Below, piece after piece: positions 55,601 to 64,000 of a DNA stretch of 64,000 bases. The stretch covers positions 2,916,001 to 2,980,000 of the forward strand of contig CM119373.1 in NCBI GenBank assembly GCA_051294905.1, given 5' to 3'. The DNA comes from Botryllus schlosseri (Eukaryota). Position numbers and translations under genes: made by a program. The notes beneath the pieces were generated by a model that ran no database searches, was not told where the DNA came from, and was given only the letters and a program-made list of their open reading frames with translations. How positions within the stretch are numbered: the stretch's first letter is position 1; every line of letters begins with the position of its first letter.

Positions 55601-57761
55601 TACACGGCAGGTAGAGGGACATGGCATTGAGCGAGTCTTATTCTGACCATAGCTTAATAATTAGAAGCGTGTTACGCTTACCAGTGCAGTTCTTTCCATA
55701 ATATCCGTCGGTGCAATTGCACGTATAGTACGGACGGGTGACATTATTCAGACATTGTCCTCCATGTTGACAGGGATTCTGGTGGTGTGCACAATATTGT
55801 TCTGTGTGGAAACGAAGCGATTACTGTGCCATAAATACTGAATTTAGGCACGGCCAAGTGTAAGGCAGTGAGCGAGTCTCATTCTGGTCATATTTTAAGA
55901 ATTAGGATCGATTTACTTACCACTGCAGTTTTTTCCATAATATCCGTCAGTGCAATTGCACGTGAAGTACGGACGAGTGACATTATTCAGACATTTTCCT
56001 TCGTGTTGGCAGGGATTCTGGTGGTGTTCACAATATCTCTCTGTATGCAAACGACGCGTATACGTACTGAATTTGGACACGGTCAAGTGTCGTGGCAATA
56101 ACCAAGTCTTATTCTGGCCATAGCTTAAGAATTAGAAGCATTATACTTAACAGTGGAGTGTTTTATAGGGATGTTGTGAACGTGAGGCTCACATTCGCGT
56201 TCTGTATGTGAACCTCAGAATTTTAGAGGTTCACGTTCAGAAACGAATCTCGGTAGGTTCTGCACTGTGAACCTTTTTCATACATTACAATTTTCACTTC
56301 ATTTTAACATCTTTGGTTGAAATTTATTGCATTTCAACTGCGGGCCACTCTATGCATGGCGCTGACAGTAAAAAAAATCAACACTAAATGAGCATGCACC
56401 TTGACAATCTCAAAAATTTTGCTTGCTTTGTTAGAAGAGTTTGCTCGAAATATCCAGCTTTCCGTATGTGAATATTTAGCGACTCTCTGCTTTGAGCTTG
56501 AACCGCACAACATCACGAGCGAAATACACTACTAGTAGACGTAGTCAGCGAATGATGCTATTCAGCCTATCAATGAAATTGATATCGTTGACTGATGAAA
56601 CAAATCTAACAGGCGTACGAGGTCAATAGCGGTTGCAAAAATAGAAAGCCGTTTTACACTCTGCTCAATACCAACGAGCAATACTCCTACGCCGAATACA
56701 TTGTCCGGTCTGGCCTGGACCGTTAAAACGTAAGCTTATATTCCCTTACAAGTCCTCGTCGAAATTGTTGACAAAGCGACGGAAGATTTTGATTTAATGG
56801 GATTGTTATATCATTTGATTGCCCGAGTTGATACATTCGGCTACGTTCAAAACGTCAATATGTATTTCAGCATTGTGGTATTATGTTACCCGAGCCGTCG
56901 CTAGGTATCATGACCAATTTTACATTAATATAAGCTAGGGTTACCATACGTCCTCTTTTAAGAGGATTTGTCCTCTTCTTTGACTTTTTTGAAAGTGTCC
57001 TCGGAGGACGTCCTTTTCTCCTCTTTTTTGAGATTTTGTCCTCTTTTCTAAAATCTAGGTCAGATTTAGAGCAAATTGCGAATGATATGCAGTAAAGTAG
57101 CACAGAAGTAACGCAACGGATCACAAAGTGGGTAAAATTTACCGGTTTTTGAGAATTTTTCTCAACGGATCACAAAGTGGGTAAAATTTACCGGTTTTTC
57201 AGAATTCTTCTCCGGTTTTAGCAAGTCTTAAATTCTGGAAAAGTGTCCTCTTTTTAGATTTCCAAAATATGGTAATCCTAATATAGGCTATGACTTCACT
57301 GAAATGTAGTGTTGGAATTAGCAATATGACGTCAGGTGATGTAATGAGGTTCACGTTCGAGTTCACACGAACCTGAGCCTTTCAGAGGTTCACACCGTTC
57401 CTAGCCTTTTCCATAATATCCATCGGTGCAATTGCACGTATAGTAGCCTCCGGACGACTGACAATATTCAGACATTGTCCTCCATGTTGACAGGGATTCT
57501 GGTGTTGTGCACAATATTGTTCTCAACGGAGACAAAGCGAAAACTGGGCCATGCTTACTGAATTCATACACGGCAGGGTGTCGTGGCCGTGAGCGAGTCA
57601 TATTCCGGCCATAGCTTAAGAAACAGAAGCGGTATACTTGCCACTGCAGTTCTTTCCATAATATCCGTCGGTGCAATTGCACGTATAGTACGGTTTAGTG
57701 TCATTATTCAGACATGTTCCGATATGTTGACAGGGATTCGGGTGATAATTGCAGTAGCCGC
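49600..57761 (-). CDS. Gene B: paralogous EGF-repeat + FReD protein; last exon split by an insertion; 5' leader unresolved
   Basis: EGF exons 57642-57761 (GC donor), 55921-56040, 55682-55801, 55436-55555; FReD exons 52471-52607, 52313-52409, 50779-50875, 50154-50403 plus 49600-49668; phases compatible. Confidence 0.85.
49670..50152. mobile_element. Solo-LTR-like insertion in the last exon of gene B
   Basis: 483 bp; ends TTTAACG...CGTTATA (each one change from TGTAACG...CGTTACA); 5-bp TSD CCCAC; internal AATAAA; absent in gene A. Confidence 0.65.
50154..50403 (-). CDS. Gene B FReD exon 4 (P subdomain)
   Basis: SFSIGPGSDKYRL...GGWWYEDCGWSNLNGNFRKTDGKGIWWW; runs to a stop at 50148 if unspliced. 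Confidence 0.88.
50779..50875 (-). CDS. Gene B FReD exon 3
   Basis: 97 bp, (G)LEALHQLTKTGDMEMKIKMITKKEVYWDAKY. Confidence 0.88.
51032..52209. mobile_element. hAT MITE in a gene B intron
   Basis: CAGAGGTCT TIRs; perfect TSD TGCTAGAT; empty site in gene A at 17217-17224. Confidence 0.92.
52313..52409 (-). CDS. Gene B FReD exon 2
   Basis: 97 bp, VFQRRMNGDVDFDRDWNDYVKRFGDIQGDHWLG. Confidence 0.9.
52471..52607 (-). CDS. Gene B FReD exon 1
   Basis: 137 bp, LVRSCEDAQ...VFCDVTDDGGNWT. Confidence 0.9.
53046..54221. mobile_element. hAT MITE of the same family, inverted relative to 51032-52209
   Basis: TSD ATCTACGA; empty site in gene A at 17923-17930. Confidence 0.92.
55070..55161 (-). pseudogene. 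Decayed EGF pseudo-exon (gene B)
   Basis: NYCERHPNTCHHNEKCQFTYT*PYY: in-frame stop and 3' deletion. Confidence 0.7.
55270..55372 (-). pseudogene. Truncated EGF pseudo-exon (gene B)
   Basis: RYCAHHQNTCRYGGKCMNNDNRPYYTCDCID; the GYYGKNC end and the donor are deleted. Confidence 0.7.
55436..55555 (-). CDS. Gene B EGF-like exon
   Basis: 120 bp, phase 1-1, QYCAHHENPCQHGGKCLNNVTRPYYTCNCTGGYYGKNCS. Confidence 0.88.
55682..55801 (-). CDS. Gene B EGF-like exon
   Basis: 120 bp, phase 1-1, QYCAHHQNPCQHGGQCLNNVTRPYYTCNCTDGYYGKNCT, CAG/GTAAGC. Confidence 0.88.
55921..56040 (-). CDS. Gene B EGF-like exon
   Basis: 120 bp, phase 1-1, RYCEHHQNPCQHEGKCLNNVTRPYFTCNCTDGYYGKNCS. Confidence 0.88.
56166..57403. 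mobile_element. hAT-like element inserted into an EGF exon; nested MITE at 56936-57280
   Basis: TAGGGATGTTGTGAAC...GTTCACACCGTTCCTA ends; nested TAGGGTTACCATA element with TSD ATATAAGC/ATATAGGC. Confidence 0.8.
57404..57521 (-). pseudogene. EGF pseudo-exon (gene B) broken by a frameshift and a transposon
   Basis: 5-bp insertion GAGGC after RP; the 3' end is displaced to ~56150-56165 by element 56166-57403. Confidence 0.75.
57642..57761 (-). CDS. Gene B first EGF-like exon (GC donor)
   Basis: 120 bp, GYCNYHPNPCQHIGTCLNNDTKPYYTCNCTDGYYGKNCS; donor GCAAGT. Confidence 0.8.
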
Positions 57762-58287
57762 CTGTATTGAAACGCAGCGAGATCATGTTAAAGTTCCTGG
57801 TGTGAGGCAGCGACTTTGTTGGATTCCGACTATAGCGTTTCGCATCAACAATGATAAACGTAACAGGGACAATCACCGGAAATCCTATACGGATTCACCG
57901 GTTCACTTTCATGTATACTTGAATAGTACTGTTACTTTCTATTTTCCAAAAATGTGCCTTAAATAATACAGCGATTCAGAAAGTCCCTATTTTGAATGCT
58001 GTATACGCCTTGCGGGATGGGTTTATGATTTAGCTTATATTCTGATGCTAAGCTCTTGTGAACCACGACCAGACACTACAAGATGTATATGCTAACTATT
58101 CACATGAATATTTCTGAGAAGTTTATTCAATAACAATAAAATATTTCGCGCCTCGTGCGATGTTCTTATTGCTCCTGTTGGCGATTGGCAATTATAGAGC
58201 GGTATCTAATTTATTAATAATCCATATCATCTCAATCACCAATCATGATATTATGGTTTTTGCAAATAGTCGAAATCATATGCTTAC

Positions 58288-58312
58288 TCCGCGTTTGCTC
58301 TTGGCCCGCCAT
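58288..58312 (-). CDS. Candidate first coding exon of gene B (MAGQEQTR)
   Basis: aaaaatATGG context, upstream in-frame stop, phase-1 donor GTAAGC; disrupted in the gene A equivalent. Confidence 0.35.
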
Positions 58313-60492
58313 ATTTTTAACGATGACAGTAGGTCACGACTGCATTGCAACGTGGTAAAAACTAGTGACGTCACAAGGTCACAGTCAAATTTCGACGGAT
58401 ATGTCCCATAGTTACACCCTTGTATATAACTCATACAGAATACGCACTATGTTTCTGTTTGGATTGAACACTGTCTGTTGCTAATAATTGCGACGGTGCA
58501 TCGTATTTTGATCGGGTTGTTGATTAGAATTTATCATATTAAAAACAAAAATTACAATTCCCTGTTTTGTGGTGGAATTTATATCATCCAATATGTAATT
58601 AGATCATATACTTCATTCCCAATTATCCACTGTCTCAATCTACTAGTCCCAATTTACATGAGCCCGCATTTACTGGATATCCTACTCTGTCGCATTGCAC
58701 ATTACATATGGCCCTGGTAAAACATGTTTCCTGTTGGTTGCCATCTATTGTATGATTGAATTCCAACACTTTACTGTTCAACGTGGAGTTGGAATTCATT
58801 CACGAGCGTGTTTACTTATACGCATTCCGGCACAGCATCGTCATGCGTTATATATTTCAAATACATATCATACCATTTACCGACGTTCGTTCATGATCAG
58901 ATTCATCCTAAAATCTCGAGGAACACTAAACTAAGCTAATTTTAATGAACATAGTTTAAACATTTATATATTGTGTCAATAAAAATATATATTTTCATCA
59001 TTTTTAATTGATGAATATTTATGAAGGTGCCTTTTGCTGGTGTAATAAGACGAATAAAACTGAATGTTCCGCTGTTCATCAACTTCATAATTTACCGATA
59101 ACTCTGTGGCCCACAATCAAGTGATGGCGAACCACAGCGTGAATTAGTTTAAAACCCTTGTTGTTTGGTTGTTCGGCTTGTTGATTAGCAAGCGCTGGTA
59201 GCGTCGCAAACAAGTGAAATTTATTTTGATGCCCCGAAACATATACGAAACGCAAGATATGGGCCCATACCATCTGATCCCGCAGTGTCCATATCATTAG
59301 TATATTTTTCTTACCTGAGAAGTCACGAGTGGAATATATGGTAGTTTCAATTTTACAACCGCCCTCGACACAGTTCGAAAATAATTTTTGGAGCTCCGCC
59401 ACGTTACTCGGACCTGCGGATGTATATGATTTCGAAATGAGCGTATAGCGCAGCGTTTGCCTGTGCAGTATTATAGTAAAACGCTAGTGTTGTGGGAATG
59501 TCGGAACGATTCTAGCCATAAGTGTTATTGTTATAGCATGGAACGAGGTGGCGAAGTAAAGGCCCTATATATAAAGGAACGAGACTATAGCCTATTAAAT
59601 TACCTGAAGAGAGCTAATATCCGAGATAACGACTTATAAAGCATGTCCTTGTTATATACAAGGTATTTTCATGGTAATGCATATATGAGCCTATACCGGA
59701 TGCGAGTACTAAACTCATTCTCATTTCGTGCTAATTAGACTTTGAGGATAGAATAAACCATTTGGAACTCACCGAACATGTCGTCCTGAAATATGGAAGA
59801 ATGGAATTAAGTGATATCTAAGCGTTTTGCTGACATATACATTATACATATATTATATATACAACATCACGTTACACGCAGTCGAAAAATAAACCCATAT
59901 AACAGAACGAGCGTTACTATTGAATCCATCCACTATTCAGCCTGTGATTGAATTGTATTCGTACCCCAACCAATCTAATTTAGCGGGTAGTCACGTTCGC
60001 ACTGGTCTGGTGCACGATACCATAGCAGACACGTACAATTAACCCTGCACACAATAGTGTTCTCGAAATCAGTATTTTTCAATTTTGCTTCGATTGCTAT
60101 TTCACATCAGCCTCTTCATTTGAGTTTTTCAATAAGACGTCTCTAGTAAGAGAGGCTTCCAAAACGACTCTCACTTGAAAATTCAGCCTATTAATTATTG
60201 TATCTATCAGCTGATCAGTTTATGTCCTCTTCGTGGTCGCATATTTCAGTTGTACACTTGAAATATTATAAATCGCTCGCAGCACACTTACATGAGTAAA
60301 AAAGTTTCTGTAATTTTTGTTGATGAGAGTATAAGAATTAGAATAAAATAATTATGCAAAATGTGATAGTGGCTTCGGGTATCTGAAACATTGCCATCTC
60401 GAAGTGATTAGAATTAATTGCGAATAATATAGAAAAGGATCCTACACCTTTGTAGTGCCCATGGGATTTGATAAGTGCATGTGCATGTGCAT

Positions 60493-63199
60493 TAGGGTTG
60501 TCCAAAATTTGGAAAATCTCAAAAAGCCTCCTTGATTGTGTCTCATTCTAAAGATTATTGATAAAAAACAACAATTAGCCTGAAAGAAGCTTACAGGAAA
60601 GCCGTTAAGATTTCGGTCAAAGCGTTTGAAAGTAGCTGCTCAAGAATGGGCGTGCCACTGACCATAGAACGGCGAGAAGACTAGTAATCAAATAACCACG
60701 GCTCTTGATTGGCTAATCGGCTATGCTTCAATGACCACGGCAGCAGCAGCTTGCTGATCAGGTGTTCAAGAAGTCTGCTACCGGCGGGGATTCTGAGTGC
60801 GCATTGTTAGTAGTTTGGCAGGTGATGATTTAAGATTAATTCAGGACATGTTGAGGTACGAAATACATGATGAACAAACAACACCTGCTTCACAGAAGCT
60901 TTTACAGCATGACTGCTTCATTGTGAAGGAAACGGCCGAAGCCTACATGTCGTGTTTTCATCGAGAGAAAGCAAAGGCGCTTATGCAAGTGTTGAGCGAA
61001 TTCACCGTTTCAGTACGGATCCACCATCGGTGAATACAACTATATAAAGCTTAACAATGACACTATACGTTGTGTGATCTTATTGGGCTGAAGCTGTAGT
61101 ATATATGTGACGTTTTGAATGCTCTAGAGATCGGCGGAATCAGCCGGTTATGCTTGACCCTTATCAGATGCTTACAACAAATTGAATGCACTTGTAGGCG
61201 TTTTTAGAATCCTTAATGATAACGCAGAAAAGAGGTGGTAATGTACGCACACTCGCACAGGCTGTGCTGGATATGGTATGTCAAAGTCCTCATTGATCCC
61301 GCAGAAAAGAGGTGTATAGAAAAGCACAGACTATGCTGCATATAGTATCCAGCATAGTTTGGATATCATATCCAGCATAGCCTGTGCTTACCTTAAACCT
61401 CTTTTCTGCAGCATCACTAAGGACTTTGACTACTCTTATAAGTGAATTCAATTTGCTGTAAGTTAGGGTTGCCATATTTTAGTTTAACAAATTCCGGACG
61501 ATCTTTAGCGCCCACTAGCGGATTTCAAAATGAGGTATGAGCATATTGTCGATCAAGATGACGTCACACAAGCAAAGCTTTGTCTATCGACTAGAGGTGG
61601 TCAATGGTCATGATTAAGTTCAGGAGTATGTGGTTGTATGTTGTAAGTTGTAACTAGGGCCGAAGCCACACTTTTTTCAGACCCCTTCCCTACAAAATAA
61701 ACACTGGGTCCACCGTCAGGTAATCGATGCAGCTTCTGGGGGCTTACTAAATGCATTAGGCCGTTAAATTATTTGAATGAGTTATATCAATAATATTGGT
61801 TCTTCCATATACTACATGATCAAAGTTAGCGGTAGACCTGGTGGAGGATGATGACTTCGAAAATGTAAGGAGCGTAATTGTACATCGCTAAGTCATGTTC
61901 ATGTCACACCGATAAGATTATGCGTACTGCACCACCGAGCTATATAAACGCCGCACATCCGGTGGCTTCCGACCTTTTATGGTCGCGATTTCATTTCCAA
62001 TTCGAAAATGTTCCGTGGTCCAGTTCAAAATTTGATGAGCTGATTACTTACTCATGGTCTATTTTGGAAGCTGATTACGTTCAAGATGTTCGCGAACCAC
62101 ATAATAAAGGCAAACTACCCCAGGTTTAGAACCTCTATATTTGAATAAAGCATCCAAATGGCCTAACCCGAATCTATGAATATACCGTTATTTTTTAATT
62201 GCGATTAAATAGACTCATTTTTGTAAATGAATGTTATTTTTATTTAATTTTGATCGCAGTTTTGCGAGGATGTTATAGTTCCCATATTAAATCCAACATA
62301 CAGTATACTAAATCGCGCGCAGCGCGAAGAAAAATTTCATGTGGCATAAATCTGCCCAAAAGTAATATTGTTTATGCTGATTTACGAAACAATTATGAGC
62401 TCACTTCAAGCCGTCAAAATTCCGGACATTTAGGCATATTTTAGAAATTCTTCCCGGACGCAGTTTTGACAGTGAAATTCCGGACATGTCCGGGAAATTC
62501 CGGACGTATGGCAACCCTACTGTAAGTATAACTGCCAAGCATAACCGGCCGATTCAGTCGATCCCTAGAACCTTCAATACTTCACTATATACTACAACTT
62601 GGGTCCAATAAGATCACACAAAGTATAGTGTCATTGTTAAGCTTTATATATTTGTATTCACTGATGGTGGATCCGTACTGAAACGGTGAATTCGCTCAAC
62701 ACTTGCATAAACGCCTTTGCTTTCTCTCGATGAAAACACGACATGTAGGCTTCAGCCGTTTCCTTCACAATGAAGCAGTCATGCTGTAAAAACTTCTGTG
62801 AAGCAGGTGTTGTTTGTTCATCATGTATTTCGTACTTCAACATGTCCTGAACTAATCTTAAATCATCACCTGCCAAACTACTAACAATGCGCACTCAGAA
62901 TCCCCGCCGGTAGCAGACTTATTGAACACCTGACCAGCAAGTTGCTGCTGCCGTGGTCATTGAAGCATAGCCGATTAGCCAATCAAGAGCCGTGGTTATT
63001 TGATTACTAGTCTTCTCGCCGTTCTATGGTCAGAGGCACGCCCATTTTTGAGCAGCTACTTTCAAACGCTTTGACCGAAATCTTAACGGCTTTCCTGTAA
63101 GCTTCTTTCAGGCTAATTGTTGTTTTTTTATCAATAATCTATAGATTGAGACACAATCACGGAGACTTTTTGAGATTTTCCAAATTTTGGACAACCCTA
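60493..63199. mobile_element. Foldback-type element with ~660-bp terminal inverted repeats
   Basis: Arms 60493-61156 and 62536-63199 are near-identical reverse complements; TAGGG ends; perfect TSD ATGTGCAT. Confidence 0.9.
61464..62519. mobile_element. hAT MITE nested in the foldback spacer
   Basis: TAGGGTTGCCATA TIRs; perfect TSD CTGTAAGT. Confidence 0.9.
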
Positions 63200-64000
63200 A
63201 TGTGCATGAAATATTCTTATAGTAGTTTGACATAGCCTGCTCGAAATTTACAGGCTGAAACGAATATCATGAGAATACTGACCCGAAATCGAAGACTATT
63301 GCTGATTCAATTGAGGTCAGTATGAAGGGATACTGAAATTGTGGTGAGCTTCAACCAACACATCCCCCACGAAAAATCAAAACTTTTGAAATTGATTGGA
63401 TCAAAACTATATATGAGTGGACTGCTCAACACATAGAATTATCCTATGATTTCCATAAATCCTGACATACCGTCATTCTCAGCTCGACTTCCTTTTCGGG
63501 TGCGCAATGGTGTTCCCCTGAAAACGAATGAGTAATCTTTAAATGGGTCCTTAAATTGAATTACTGTTATTACTAAATTCCGTTTTATCTTTACGTTACA
63601 GCTAGATGATGTATAGATATAACACTATTGGATGCAGCTAATTGCCTCAATTATTCAATCGGTTCTTGTTTTAGAATAATCCATGCCTGTAAACTCAACC
63701 GAAACTGAAGCGAACGCAGCTCATAATTTTCATATAGTTAGAGAGTTGGCTCTTCACATTTAATAACTTTGCGAACACTGCAAGCTTTCGGCGACCCCAT
63801 ATATTCGCATATTCACAAAAATCTATTACATTACACATCTAGTACATTACTTTGTACTATACTAGAGCACAAAATTAACTGCGCATCAACAACAGTGTTA
63901 AAAAAAAGCAATTAAAACATGGCTGTCACACAAAACGAAAACATTATGATGAATATTTATTGGAAATCCGAGTGAATTATGTTTTATTACTCTGGTGTGA

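Larger units (their letters stand above)
27250..64000. repeat. Tandem segmental duplication unit B, expanded by ~15 kb of transposons at 34050-49255
   Basis: Collinear with unit A; the exact boundary is not determined. Confidence 0.8.

Noticed and set aside
55070..57761. CRISPR-like repeat array
   Set aside because: The repeats are spliced EGF exons with homologous introns in eukaryotic DNA; no cas genes
60797..62894. Twin 78-aa ORFs on opposite strands
   Set aside because: Mirror images inside the foldback TIRs, GTG start, no recognisable domain
1..64000. Remaining short ORFs in the six-frame track
   Set aside because: No recognisable motifs; they lie in introns, repeats or intergenic DNA and are consistent with chance

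Overview
Eukaryotic, AT-rich, intron-containing animal DNA. The short introns, tRNA-derived SINEs and dense hAT MITEs fit a marine invertebrate, possibly a tunicate (inference only). The window holds about two periods of a tandem segmental duplication (unit A ~1-27250, unit B ~27250-64000). Each unit carries one minus-strand gene encoding several EGF-like repeats followed by a fibrinogen C-terminal (FReD/FBG) domain: gene A 16300-21883 and gene B 49600-57761. Each EGF repeat is a 120-bp phase 1-1 exon in a ~240-bp exon+intron cassette that is being duplicated and lost (A: 3 intact + 2 decayed; B: 4 intact + 3 decayed). The last FReD exon, which holds the ligand-binding subdomain, is much more diverged between paralogs than the flanking non-coding DNA. 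In gene B it is also split by a 483-bp LTR-like insertion whose target-site duplication creates an in-frame GT...AG intron. The rest is transposon debris: nested hAT elements and MITEs with 8-bp TSDs, two foldback-type elements, a CACTA-like element, SINEs, a LINE 3' end, and Penelope fragments carrying minimal hammerhead ribozyme motifs. The 5' leader exon(s) of both genes are uncertain. All coordinates and counts were read by hand.
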